64,000 nucleotides of DNA from an uncultured Bacteroidales bacterium (GCA_964531985.1 CAZHFC010000001.1:188871-252870); one strand, 5' to 3'. Shown: positions 8,502-17,744, counted from the stretch's first letter. Numbers and translations: made by a program. The notes: a model not told the origin generated them from the letters alone.

Positions 8502-10355
8502 ATGAAGAAAATAGCCATCATATTATCCGTTTTGTTGCCTGTATTTATGCAGGCCGGCCGGCTGCCCGACAACTTGCCTCTTTTTTTTAACCAAAAGGCA
8601 CAGGACCATTCCCTGCCATTCATGGACCTGCCTGCACCGGATACAAGCCTGAGGCTTGAAGGTGAGCAGCCGCAGCCATACAGAATTGCTGTTGGCACGG
8701 AGGTGGATATCGATTTGGCCGGGGAAGCAAAAAAATTTATACACAGCAGTGGCAGGGAGGTCATGATGCTGGGCATCCGCATGAAAGGGGCCCGTGGCCT
8801 CATCCTGTATTTTGATGAGTTTATCATCCCCGAAGGGGGAAAACTGTATATCTATTCCCGCGACCGGAGCCATCTCACCGGTGCCTATACTGCTGAAAGC
8901 AACCGCCTGGGCGGGTATTTCGCAGCAGAAATGGTCGAAGGCGATGAGATCATCATCGAGTATGATGCCCCGGAAGGAAAACCGGTCGATCCCATGATCA
9001 GTATCTACCAGGTGCATTTTGTTTACCGCGATCCCTCAACTTTCCTGAAGGGGGAGTCGGGGCCATGCGAAGTGAATGTCAACTGCCCCGAAGGCCAGGC
9101 CTGGCAGAGTCAAAAAAGAAGCGTGGCCAAAATCGTCCTCAAATCAGGCCTGGGTTCCTATCTGTGTACCGGGACGCTGGTTAACAATACCCGGCAGGAC
9201 AGTACCCCCTATTTCCTTACGGCCCGGCATTGCGGCAGTAATGCTTCCATCAGCGATTATTCGCAGTGGCAGTTCTTCTTCAATTATGAATCCCTTACCT
9301 GTGAGAACCCTCCCGAAGATCCCCCTTCAAACAAGATCACGGGATCGACGCTGCTTGCGGAGGCACCCGATGATATTTCCAGCGGATCCGACTTCAAATT
9401 GTTATTGCTGAGCCAGAAGATCCCTGATTCCTATAACCCTTACCTGGCGGGATGGGACAGAAGCGAACTGCCGGCACAGCATGGTGTGGGCATCCATCAT
9501 CCTAAAGGTGATATCAAGAAGATCTCCACCTTCACAAATCCTCTTGTTTCGACGGAATACGGAGTGACGGCAGCCAATCCGGATGGTTTATACTGGAAAG
9601 TGGTCTGGGCTGAAACCGAAAACGGTCACGGCGTTACGGAAGGTGGCTCTTCGGGCTCCCCGATCTTTAACCAGAACGGCAGGGTTGTCGGAACCCTCAC
9701 CGGCGGCGGGGCCAGTTGCAATGCGCCTACCGCCCCCGACTATTATGGCAAGTTCTCCTATCACTGGTCTTCGAACGGAAGCCCGGGAGGTGCGCAGCTC
9801 AGGCCCTACCTCGACCCCGACAATACCGGGGTAACAGGCATTGACGGGTTTGGGTATGGAAACCTTCTCAGTGCAAATTTTAAGGCCGACACCACCACCA
9901 TCAGCCTTGGGGGAAAAATCAATTTCATCGACCAGTCAACCGGCATTCCCCTCGAATGGGAATGGAGTTTCCCGGGTGCGGTACCGTCTTCCTTCTCCGG
10001 CCCCTATCCGGCACAGATCGCCTACCAGGACTATGGCACCTATGATGTAAAGCTGATCGTCAGCAACGGACAACAGAACGATACCATTGTGAAGAAGGAT
10101 TATATTCGGGTTATCCCGAACCTCTATCCGAACCCTGCCCGGGAATATGTGGTGCTTGACTTTGGAAACAGGGAGCTTGCATTTATAGAGGTTGCTGTTT
10201 ACAACCTGAACGGATCACTTTTGAAGGAATTCAGAAAGGATGAGATCGTAACGGGAATCTATAGGATCCCGGTGGCTGACCTGAATGCCGGTAATTATAT
10301 TTTCAGGGTCACGACCAATATTATGGAAACCCCGATTCCGCTGATCATCTTCTGA
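8502..10355 (+). CDS. secreted S1 (lysyl-endopeptidase-like) serine protease paralog with one PKD domain and a T9SS C-terminal sorting domain
   Basis: 617 aa. Signal peptide MKKIAIILSVLLPVFMQA. TARHCG, GSDFKLLLL, GGSSGSPIF. Same pro-region pattern as protease 1 (G.RVW/..I...GA.GL..YFD.F..P.GG.LY.Y). One PKD repeat (NFKADTTTISLGGKINFIDQSTGIPLEWEWSFPGA...YGTYDVKLIVSN). YPNPAREYVVL...GNYIFRV CTD. Confidence 0.8.
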   Translation: MKKIAIILSVLLPVFMQAGRLPDNLPLFFNQKAQDHSLPFMDLPAPDTSLRLEGEQPQPYRIAVGTEVDIDLAGEAKKFIHSSGREVMMLGIRMKGARGLILYFDEFIIPEGGKLYIYSRDRSHLTGAYTAESNRLGGYFAAEMVEGDEIIIEYDAPEGKPVDPMISIYQVHFVYRDPSTFLKGESGPCEVNVNCPEGQAWQSQKRSVAKIVLKSGLGSYLCTGTLVNNTRQDSTPYFLTARHCGSNASISDYSQWQFFFNYESLTCENPPEDPPSNKITGSTLLAEAPDDISSGSDFKLLLLSQKIPDSYNPYLAGWDRSELPAQHGVGIHHPKGDIKKISTFTNPLVSTEYGVTAANPDGLYWKVVWAETENGHGVTEGGSSGSPIFNQNGRVVGTLTGGGASCNAPTAPDYYGKFSYHWSSNGSPGGAQLRPYLDPDNTGVTGIDGFGYGNLLSANFKADTTTISLGGKINFIDQSTGIPLEWEWSFPGAVPSSFSGPYPAQIAYQDYGTYDVKLIVSNGQQNDTIVKKDYIRVIPNLYPNPAREYVVLDFGNRELAFIEVAVYNLNGSLLKEFRKDEIVTGIYRIPVADLNAGNYIFRVTTNIMETPIPLIIF

Positions 10356-10362
10356 TCAGGGG

Positions 10363-11394
10363 CTACATTTTCTGGTGTGTGGTGTAAGTGTCCCATTTTT
10401 TAATCACCTCCTGCATGTCGGCGGGTAATTCCGAGTCGAAGAACATCTCTTCGCAGCTCAGCGGGTGCCGAAATCCCAGTGAACGTGCATGAAGTGCCTG
10501 GCGTGGAAGGGCGGCAAAGCAATTGATCACAAACTGCCGGTATTTTGTAAAGGTTGTACCTTTCAGGATGCGGTTCCCGCCGTAGGCTGCATCGTTGAAC
10601 AGCGGATGCCCTGCATATTTCAAATGTGCCCTGATCTGATGTGTCCTGCCCGTTTCCAGGGTGCAATTGAGCAGGGTTACATAGTTGAACCTGCGAAGTA
10701 CCTCCCAGTGGGTGACGGCATGTTTACCCGTTTCACCATCTTCAAATACGGTCATCACCTTCCTGTTTCGGGGGCTGCGCCCGAGGTTTCCTGTGATGGT
10801 GCCCGAATCTTCCTCCATGTCGCCCCATACCAGCGCATTGTATTTGCGGTTGATACGGTGATGGTAAAAGTCCCTTGCCAGGATGGTCTGGGCCATCTCA
10901 TTTTTTGCTGCCAGCATGATGCCCGAGGTGTCCTTGTCGATGCGATGGACCAGAAAGGGTAATGCTTCGGGGTCGGAAGTCGTTCTTCTCAGGTGATGGG
11001 CCAGTGCATTCACCAGGGTGCCGGTATAATTTGCATAGGCGGGATGCACAACCATGCCGGCGGCCTTGTTGATCACCAGGATGTCGTCATCTTCATAAAC
11101 AATGTCGAGGGGAATATCTTCGGGCAGGATCTCCTTGTCGCGTGGAGCTTCGGGCATTACCACCGAGATCATGTCGCCTGGTTTGACCCTGTAATTTTGT
11201 TTTACCGCCTGTTCGTTCACCAGTATGCAGCCGGCCTTTGCTGCCTGCTGAATCTTGTTCCTCGAGGCATTCTCGATACGGGTCATCAGAAACTTGTCGA
11301 TGCGTAGCAGGCCCTGGCCCGGGTCGGCAACAAAACGGAAATGCTCGTACATTTCCTGTTCCTGCTCCATCAGCTCATCCGCTTCGTGCATCAT
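10363..11394 (-). CDS. rluD: 23S rRNA pseudouridine synthase, RluA/RluD family
   Basis: 343 aa. N-terminal S4-like domain (RIDKFLMTRIENASRNKIQQAAKAGCILVN). Catalytic HRIDKDTSG motif. HQIRAHL motif. Confidence 0.9.
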   Translation of the reverse strand: MMHEADELMEQEQEMYEHFRFVADPGQGLLRIDKFLMTRIENASRNKIQQAAKAGCILVNEQAVKQNYRVKPGDMISVVMPEAPRDKEILPEDIPLDIVYEDDDILVINKAAGMVVHPAYANYTGTLVNALAHHLRRTTSDPEALPFLVHRIDKDTSGIMLAAKNEMAQTILARDFYHHRINRKYNALVWGDMEEDSGTITGNLGRSPRNRKVMTVFEDGETGKHAVTHWEVLRRFNYVTLLNCTLETGRTHQIRAHLKYAGHPLFNDAAYGGNRILKGTTFTKYRQFVINCFAALPRQALHARSLGFRHPLSCEEMFFDSELPADMQEVIKKWDTYTTHQKM

Positions 11395-11400
11395 GCCTGA

Positions 11401-13554
11401 TCACTGGTTAATGAGGATTTTTCTGACAGCATGGATGCTGCCGTCATCACTATGGATATGTACGAGATACATGCCTTTCTGTAAATGGCCCAGCATGGTT
11501 TCACTGCTGAATGCCTGGGTGTGCACCATCCTGCCCAACATGTCATGAATGGTTATTGTTAACCCTTTGTTTTCGTTTGAGTGAATGTCCAAAACGCTGT
11601 TGTCGATATACATGATGCCGTTTAGGAGAGGATTGGGATAAATCCGCCAGGCTTCATTTATCATGTTGTTATCCTTAACAATAAAGGGATCGTAATACTG
11701 GTAGAGTACAGGTCTCATCAAAAGCGAACCCTGGTATGCCGAGGGTTCCCATTCTCCGCTGACATTATAGAAAAGGTTTGCCGAAGCGTCATTGTAGGTG
11801 TCGAAGCCAACATTCAGGTTGTCGGGTGTGGTCTGCTCCCATCCGATAAAAAAGGTGCCGATGACCGGAACGGGCGGGTCAATCTCATATATATGCATGC
11901 GGTATAATTCATCGCTGAATTTTGGTTTCAGGTTTTCCTTCTCCCATATCACATTTCCGGGCCTGCCATTGTTGTTGTCCCATACTTTCAGCGTAAAAAA
12001 CTGATCGTTCTGGTTATTCTGAACGCGGTTGAAGAACATGGCAATTCCTTTGAGTGAATCGGCAATGTTCAGTGAAAATCTTAATCCAACCTGGCCTCCG
12101 GACAGGCTGAGGCCATATCCCACTTCAGGGGTGCCGTCATCGTAAGCATAGTAATTATAGAATTTCTGGATAAAACCGATGGTATCCCCAAGATCGGGAT
12201 TACTCTGGTCGCGGATCACATGCCTGATGCGGTAGCTGCTGCTGTCGGTCTGGCTGCTCAGTGGGAAAAGAAAGGTGCGCGGCGGACAGGCATGCTGGGG
12301 CACGTTGGCGCAGCTCTGGTAACCGCTGCTGATAAACGGGTAAAGATTGGCAAAGCCACCGTTGTAAGTCGTGGTATAGGGGCCTCCCGCTTCGTCAACG
12401 AGGTATTCGTAGTAAACATTGAAGGTGTCGGCACTGAGGTTGGTAATAAACAACTCTAGTGAGTCCTTAAGCTGGTTGGTCGGGTCGTTGCGGTATTGCC
12501 TGAGAGGCATGGAGGTAAAATCTTTAAGAAAGGAGGGGGCTCTTTCGGCAAAGGTAATGGACCTGTACAGGCTGTCTGCCGCCGACCGGTTGGTGTTCAG
12601 GTATATGTAATCGATATTCCATTGGTCGCAGTTTGCCCGCCAGCTGGGATTGAACTCGCTCGACAGGCTTGCGTAATTGTAAAAACGGAAAAAGAAATTT
12701 TTTCTGTAATAACGGGCGCTGTCGCTGACAGGAATGAGAACCTGCCTGCAGTAGGTGTTGTAGGTATCGTAGAAGGATTCAAGTGACATCCCCTCTGTGG
12801 ACCATATATGTTCCCACTGAATAGCCGGGATAAATACCGAATCGCAGGGCAGGGTTATCACGTCGCCCCATACGATGGTGTCGTAGTTGATGAGATATAT
12901 TCCCTGATTACACTGAGGCGGTGCAAAAATGGTGTCGAGCGGAAAGATGGTGTCGCCCGGACCTGAAAGGTAATTACTAGCCGAAACGGTGATGGAGTCG
13001 ACATAGGCAAATACGGAGTCGCCTGCAAAATAGCCGAATTGCAGAACAAGCGAGTCAAAGGGTTCGGGTTGGTTCCCCCTTCCCTGGGGCTGGTAATAAA
13101 AGCTGAAGTAAACAGAATCGGCTACCGTAACAGCCCTTGTCTCCCCCGGCAGGAAAAGGGAGTCGAGCCGGATGGGCCGGGAAGTAAGGTGGTCGGCAAT
13201 AAATGGGAAGGTGCTGGCATTGGCATAAAGCCTGCCATATTCATCAATGGCATCGAGGGTGGCAACGCCAATATTAACCGAGCGGTAGGCAAAATCATCA
13301 TTGATAAAGGCATCCCTGTCGGTAAACAGGGCAGTATCAGGGAAAATCTGCTCCGTATGAAAATCAGTGAATACAGGTAGTATGATGGGAGTCGGATAGC
13401 CTGTTTCAAAGGATCTTTCAGGGCCGCTGATCATATTTGCCTTCAGCTCATGCAGTATCCTCGGATTCTGGTATAATCCCATAAGCTGTTCCTGGCCGGT
13501 CGAAGCTTGCCGGACCAGCAGAAAGGCAATCAATAGGATGAAGGTTCGTATCAT
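11401..13554 (-). CDS. hypothetical secreted protein with a T9SS C-terminal sorting domain
   Basis: 717 aa. Signal peptide MIRTFILLIAFLLVRQASTG. I recognise no catalytic motif. C-terminal WRIYPNPLLNGIMYI...GMYLVHIHSD...RKILINQ (type-A T9SS CTD). Packed 6 nt from rluD and 25 nt from the PASTA gene. Confidence 0.7.
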   Translation of the reverse strand: MIRTFILLIAFLLVRQASTGQEQLMGLYQNPRILHELKANMISGPERSFETGYPTPIILPVFTDFHTEQIFPDTALFTDRDAFINDDFAYRSVNIGVATLDAIDEYGRLYANASTFPFIADHLTSRPIRLDSLFLPGETRAVTVADSVYFSFYYQPQGRGNQPEPFDSLVLQFGYFAGDSVFAYVDSITVSASNYLSGPGDTIFPLDTIFAPPQCNQGIYLINYDTIVWGDVITLPCDSVFIPAIQWEHIWSTEGMSLESFYDTYNTYCRQVLIPVSDSARYYRKNFFFRFYNYASLSSEFNPSWRANCDQWNIDYIYLNTNRSAADSLYRSITFAERAPSFLKDFTSMPLRQYRNDPTNQLKDSLELFITNLSADTFNVYYEYLVDEAGGPYTTTYNGGFANLYPFISSGYQSCANVPQHACPPRTFLFPLSSQTDSSSYRIRHVIRDQSNPDLGDTIGFIQKFYNYYAYDDGTPEVGYGLSLSGGQVGLRFSLNIADSLKGIAMFFNRVQNNQNDQFFTLKVWDNNNGRPGNVIWEKENLKPKFSDELYRMHIYEIDPPVPVIGTFFIGWEQTTPDNLNVGFDTYNDASANLFYNVSGEWEPSAYQGSLLMRPVLYQYYDPFIVKDNNMINEAWRIYPNPLLNGIMYIDNSVLDIHSNENKGLTITIHDMLGRMVHTQAFSSETMLGHLQKGMYLVHIHSDDGSIHAVRKILINQ

Positions 13555-13579
13555 GTTCTGTTTATTTCATCATTTGAAA

Positions 13580-14425
13580 TTAAAACTCCGGTAAAACGCC
13601 GCTGATTGTATCAATCACGTACAGGGTGTCGGGCCTGAGCCGGTCGATCAGGGCCTGGAAATCGAAATAAAGGTCTGATCGAAGGGAAATATCAATGGTA
13701 TTGCCCTTGAAGGATAAAGCATTGTCTGACCATGCGGGATTTTGCCTGTATACCCTTGCATGCCTGGCATCCTCCTCATCGAGGTAGTAAACGGTTCCGA
13801 GGTTGAAAGAAGCGATATTGATCGCATCCTTTGCCTCCCTGAAAGTCAGTCCGGCCAGGAATGGAACCGGTACATAATGGCCCCGGCCAAGGCCAACCAC
13901 CAGGTCAATGGCCGCTCCTTTCTCGATAATGGTGCCCGGTTCGATCACCTCGTCATCGAATAATTGTTCAAGGATGGCATTTCCCGCAAAATCTTCCACA
14001 TATTGAAGGCTGTTTACCTCCAGCCCTTTCGACCTGAGGGTATTCACCGCTTGTCGCAGGCTCAGATCGATCAGGTCGGGCATCTCCACCTTTTCTGCCG
14101 AAAATGCTACGGTAGTGACGTAAACCTTGCGGTTTTTCTTAACCATCGAACCTGCCGGCGGGTTTTGTATAACCACCGAGCCCTTTGGGTTTGAATTGTC
14201 AAAAATGGAATCGATCACCACAAACTCATATAGCTTGTGATAATTTTCATTTTCAATATCTGCTATGGTTTTTCCGGTCAGGTCAGGGAGAATATAGGTG
14301 TCGCCATGATCAGTATAGACCTTGATGAACTGCAGGGCTAAAAAAAACAGGATGATGGTCAGCAGCACGCTTAGCCCCAGGTGCAGATAAAACTTTTTTT
14401 TGAAGAGGAAACCGACAAAAGACAT
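13580..14425 (-). CDS. stand-alone PASTA-domain membrane protein (TM anchor plus three PASTA repeats, no catalytic domain)
   Basis: 281 aa. TM helix LHLGLSVLLTIILFFLALQFI. Three repeats of about 68 aa starting ILPDLTGKTIADI, MPDLIDLSLRQAVNTLRSKGLEV and VPFLAGLTFREAKDAINIASFNLG, each ending in a (V/I)D(L/I)-type strand. Confidence 0.8.
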   Translation of the reverse strand: MSFVGFLFKKKFYLHLGLSVLLTIILFFLALQFIKVYTDHGDTYILPDLTGKTIADIENENYHKLYEFVVIDSIFDNSNPKGSVVIQNPPAGSMVKKNRKVYVTTVAFSAEKVEMPDLIDLSLRQAVNTLRSKGLEVNSLQYVEDFAGNAILEQLFDDEVIEPGTIIEKGAAIDLVVGLGRGHYVPVPFLAGLTFREAKDAINIASFNLGTVYYLDEEDARHARVYRQNPAWSDNALSFKGNTIDISLRSDLYFDFQALIDRLRPDTLYVIDTISGVLPEF

Positions 14426-14466
14426 GTGGCTGTTTGTGTTAAATTCCGGATATTTGCAGGCAGCAA

Positions 14467-14497
14467 CCGGTTTTGCAGATTTAACTGCAAAACCCGG
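14467..14497. other. strong stem-loop in the PASTA-ddl divergent intergenic region
   Basis: 12 bp with one bulge: ccggttttgcag (14467-14478) pairs with ctgcaaaac(c)cgg (14485-14497), 6-nt loop atttaa. No T-run on either strand. A second 7-bp hairpin follows at 14504-14520 (ttgcctg aaa caggcaa). Confidence 0.5.
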
Positions 14498-14517
14498 CGG
14501 ATATTGCCTGAAACAGG

Positions 14518-14525
14518 CAAAGATA
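14518..14525 (-). promoter_or_regulatory. candidate -7 promoter box (TATCTTTG) for the PASTA/T9SS-cargo/rluD unit
   Basis: Perfect TAnnTTTG on the - strand, 92 nt upstream of the PASTA ATG. This would place the 14467-14497 hairpin in the 5' leader. Confidence 0.3.
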
Positions 14526-14655
14526 TGAATTAATTATATAAATTTATCGGATACTGGCGTTATCAATAGGTTATGCATGAACGGATGCAGGTTCCGGCTT
14601 TCAGAAGAACAGCTGTGCTAATCTTTAATTCCGACAGAAGAAAAAGAATATAATC

Positions 14656-15636
14656 ATGATAAAAAGGGTAGCAATTGCCGCAGGTGGTGACTCAGGTGAG
14701 TATGAGGTCTCTCTGAAAAGCGCCGAGATCGTCAGACAGAGCCTCGATCCGGAAAAGTATGATGCATATCTGCTGATCATACGCGGCGGCCAGTGGTTTT
14801 TTAGCGGGAAGGGAGCCAAACAGTATCCGGTCAATAAGGATGACTTCAGCCTGATGGTCGAAGGCAGGAAAATTACTTTTGATGTTGTTTTTATTGCCAT
14901 TCACGGTACCCCGGGTGAAGACGGGAAACTGCAGGGATACTTTGACATGCTGGGAATTCCATACACCTCCTCCGGGCAGGTCACCTCGGCCCTGACTTTC
15001 GATAAAGACCTTTGCAAACGTGTTGTCGCTTCCCTGGGGATCCGCGTTGCCCCTTCCATTACACTTGGACGAGCGGACTCATTTGATACAACTGATATTA
15101 TCAATACAGCAGGCCTTCCCTGTTTTGTCAAGCCCAACAAAGGGGGGTCGAGCGTGGGCATGTCGAAGGTAAGCAAGGCAGAAGATCTGGCCGGTGCCAT
15201 CCACAGGGCCCTTGCAGAGGATGACCAGGTAATGGTTGAAGCGTTTATCCCGGGTCGTGAGATAACCTGCGGGGTCATTACCAGTGGGAAGGGCATACAG
15301 TCCTTGCCTGTTACCGAGATCATCACCAGAAATGAGTTTTTTGATTATGAAGCGAAATATACGGATGGCGTAACGGATGAGATCACCCCTGCCGACATCC
15401 CCTCCGAAATCAGCCTCCAATGCCGCCAATTGTCCGAAATGCTTTACCGCAAGCTTAACTGCAGGGGTTTTGTGCGTTGCGATTATATTTACAACAATGA
15501 AGGCATGTTCTTCCTCGAAGTGAATACGGTACCCGGCCTTTCCCCAAACAGTATCCTTCCGCAACAGGCCGGGGCTGAAGGCATCAGCCTGCAACAGCTT
15601 TTTTCCATGGCCATTGAACAGGCCCTGAGGGATTAG
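14656..15636 (+). CDS. ddl: D-alanine--D-alanine ligase
   Basis: 326 aa. MIKRVAIAAGGDSGEYEVSLKS, FIAIHGTPGEDGKLQG, PCFVKPNKGGSSVGMSKV, FLEVNTVPGLSPNSILPQQ (ATP-grasp Ddl signature). Confidence 0.95.
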   Translation: MIKRVAIAAGGDSGEYEVSLKSAEIVRQSLDPEKYDAYLLIIRGGQWFFSGKGAKQYPVNKDDFSLMVEGRKITFDVVFIAIHGTPGEDGKLQGYFDMLGIPYTSSGQVTSALTFDKDLCKRVVASLGIRVAPSITLGRADSFDTTDIINTAGLPCFVKPNKGGSSVGMSKVSKAEDLAGAIHRALAEDDQVMVEAFIPGREITCGVITSGKGIQSLPVTEIITRNEFFDYEAKYTDGVTDEITPADIPSEISLQCRQLSEMLYRKLNCRGFVRCDYIYNNEGMFFLEVNTVPGLSPNSILPQQAGAEGISLQQLFSMAIEQALRD

Positions 15637-16223
15637 GTTTTTTCTGCTTTCGAGAGATAGGAAATCAGTTTACGGCTGGCTTTACCCCTGTGACTGATCT
15701 GATTTTTGAGCGCAAGTGGCATTTCTGCGAAACTTTGCCCGTGTCCGTCGGGAACAAATACCGGGTCATAGCCAAAGCCTTCTTTTCCCTTCCTTACATG
15801 AATGATCCTGCCTTCTGCAATGCCTTCGAAGTGTTTGATAATTCCATTGGTCATCAGCGAAATAACGGTTCTGAATCTGGCGCTGCGATCCGTTATGCCT
15901 TCCATTTCCCTGAGCAGCCGGTCTATGTTTTTTTCTGAATTCCCCTCTTCTCCGGCATAGCGTGCCGAGAATACCCCGGGCCTTCCTCCCAGCGCTTTTA
16001 CCTCCAGGCCTGTATCATCGGCAAAGCAGTCGAGCCCGTATTTTTCATAAACATAGCGTGCTTTCAGGTCGGCGTTTCCTTCCAGGGTTAGTGCCGTTTC
16101 TTCAATTGCTTCAACACAGCCGATATCATGAAGCCCCAACAGCATATATCCCTGCGGAATGATCTTTCTCACCTCCTCAAGCTTATGCCGGTTCTGTGTG
16201 GCGAAAACGAGTTTTTTCTTCAT
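15633..16223 (-). CDS. rdgB: non-canonical purine NTP pyrophosphatase (RdgB/HAM1 family)
   Basis: 196 aa. KLVFATQNRHKLEEV, CFADDTGLEV, GFGYDPVF, ISHRGKA. Its stop overlaps the ddl stop (convergent). Confidence 0.9.
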   Translation of the reverse strand: MKKKLVFATQNRHKLEEVRKIIPQGYMLLGLHDIGCVEAIEETALTLEGNADLKARYVYEKYGLDCFADDTGLEVKALGGRPGVFSARYAGEEGNSEKNIDRLLREMEGITDRSARFRTVISLMTNGIIKHFEGIAEGRIIHVRKGKEGFGYDPVFVPDGHGQSFAEMPLALKNQISHRGKASRKLISYLSKAEKT

Positions 16224-16235
16224 AGTTTCTTAAAT

Positions 16236-16272
16236 AGAAAAAGGGGGAACCCAAAGGTATCATGGTTCCCCC
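16236..16272 (-). terminator. rho-independent terminator after the SGNH lipoprotein gene
   Basis: 9-bp GC-rich stem gggggaacc (16243-16251) pairs with ggttccccc (16264-16272). On the - strand it is followed by TTTTTCTATTT. Confidence 0.75.
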
Positions 16273-16326
16273 TGTTTTGTCAGCCGATTAATAAAATCCC
16301 GCAATTAAATAATATCGAAGTTGGTT

Positions 16327-17727
16327 TTACGGGTATTGAATGGCTGCATAATCGGTAATGTTCACCTGTGGCAGTGAGGCACCGTAGGCCTGGTTGATGG
16401 CCTCAATAAAAAAATGTGCCACCATGGCATTTCCTACGGGGGTCAGATGTATGCCGTCGAGTGAGAAAATATTACCCTGCACAAAGGTGGCATTCAGTTC
16501 CACGCCGTCGATGACCAGGCCTTCGCTTGATAATGTGCTCATGGCTTTGTTCAGGTCGACATGGGCCAGGTTGTTCAGCACACTTACATCCCTGATCTTA
16601 TCATTGAAGGCATTGACGGCATTCTCGATATTGTCAATTTCCTGGCCAATCAGCGTGAACCGGGATGGAATGGGCTTTTGTGAGCCCCAGCCGGCGCAGT
16701 AAAGGGAATCCTGCGGACACGAGAGCAATATCAGTTCACCGGCAGCGATCTGCCTGAATCCTCCCAGCAGGTTGAACGGATGGTTGGTATCGGCAATGAT
16801 GAACGCATTGTAACCGGCGCTGAATTCAATTTTTGGCACCGGAAGCTGAAACTGGTCGATGGCAGCATTGTAGGGTGCGTAAGCGGTATTGAGCTGACCG
16901 GCCTGGTCTGCATCGAGTTGCAGTGCGTTATATTTCACGGTAGTGAAGAAAGGGATGCTGGTAATATCCGGAATATTGGCAACAGCCCCTTTCTGGTTAC
17001 CGGCTGTCATACTTGCGATAATGGCATCATAGGCACCGCTGAATTGTTGTTCGGGTGTGATGGCAGTGGTCGGGTTCATGGGGTTGACCTCGCCTCCGGC
17101 AAGTGCATATCCGAGTACATCGTTGTTCCCGATCCACAGGCTGAAGAAGGTGAAAGGCAGCTTATCCGCTTCACCGATGATTGCATCTGTCAGGGGGTTT
17201 TCGGCAAAACGTCCGTAATAATTATTAAGTTGACCGTACCCGGGGAAGAGCAGGTCAACCGACCTGGCGCCGGGAACGCCGATATTGTTAAAAGGCCCCT
17301 GCGCCGCCACCGAAGTGGTGAGTGCCAGGAAAAGTTCCTGCTGGTTGGCGTTTGGATCGGCCAGGACCGGGCCCAGCGAGGTCCTGCCCAGGCAATCCTG
17401 CCTGTATCCCAGTACATATTTCGTATTCAGAACAGGTGTAAGGCCGGTACCGCCTATGCCTACTCCCATTTCGGTGTTGATCAGCGGCTGATTGAATTCG
17501 CCTCCGCCAACAGTTTTAAACTGCATGGCAAGGATATTGGGAAAGGAGTTTTCCTGCCCTGAAGTGTATAAGGCACCGTCGGCAAAGCCGGCAGTGAGGG
17601 AGTTTCCGGCTGCGAGGTAAACTGAAAAGTCGGCCGTGCCCTTGTTCGCGTCAAATTCGTCAATTTCAGGCTTGCAGGAAGCAATCGCAGCGATGATGAT
17701 GATCAATATATAATATTTGTATTTCAT
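16327..17727 (-). CDS. SGNH/GDSL-family hydrolase lipoprotein
   Basis: 466 aa. Lipoprotein signal IIIIAAIASC. SGNH blocks: I YLAAGNSLTAGF (Ser nucleophile), II NIGVPGARS, III LWIGNNDVLGY, V SLDGIHLTPVGN (DxxH). Confidence 0.75.
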   Translation of the reverse strand: MKYKYYILIIIIAAIASCKPEIDEFDANKGTADFSVYLAAGNSLTAGFADGALYTSGQENSFPNILAMQFKTVGGGEFNQPLINTEMGVGIGGTGLTPVLNTKYVLGYRQDCLGRTSLGPVLADPNANQQELFLALTTSVAAQGPFNNIGVPGARSVDLLFPGYGQLNNYYGRFAENPLTDAIIGEADKLPFTFFSLWIGNNDVLGYALAGGEVNPMNPTTAITPEQQFSGAYDAIIASMTAGNQKGAVANIPDITSIPFFTTVKYNALQLDADQAGQLNTAYAPYNAAIDQFQLPVPKIEFSAGYNAFIIADTNHPFNLLGGFRQIAAGELILLSCPQDSLYCAGWGSQKPIPSRFTLIGQEIDNIENAVNAFNDKIRDVSVLNNLAHVDLNKAMSTLSSEGLVIDGVELNATFVQGNIFSLDGIHLTPVGNAMVAHFFIEAINQAYGASLPQVNITDYAAIQYP

Positions 17728-17744
17728 GGCTAAGTGCTTTTAAG

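Noticed and set aside
16780-17562. A 260-aa ORF on the + strand. Other long antisense ORFs occur at 3616-4230, 8523-9017, 10489-10962, 30126-30851, 35766-36377, 40443-41000, 43773-44336 and 45049-45666.
   Set aside because: Each lies entirely opposite a gene with strong family motifs. Their translations are low-information (R/G/P/S-rich, no motifs) and they lack promoter boxes. They are typical shadow ORFs in moderately GC-rich coding DNA.
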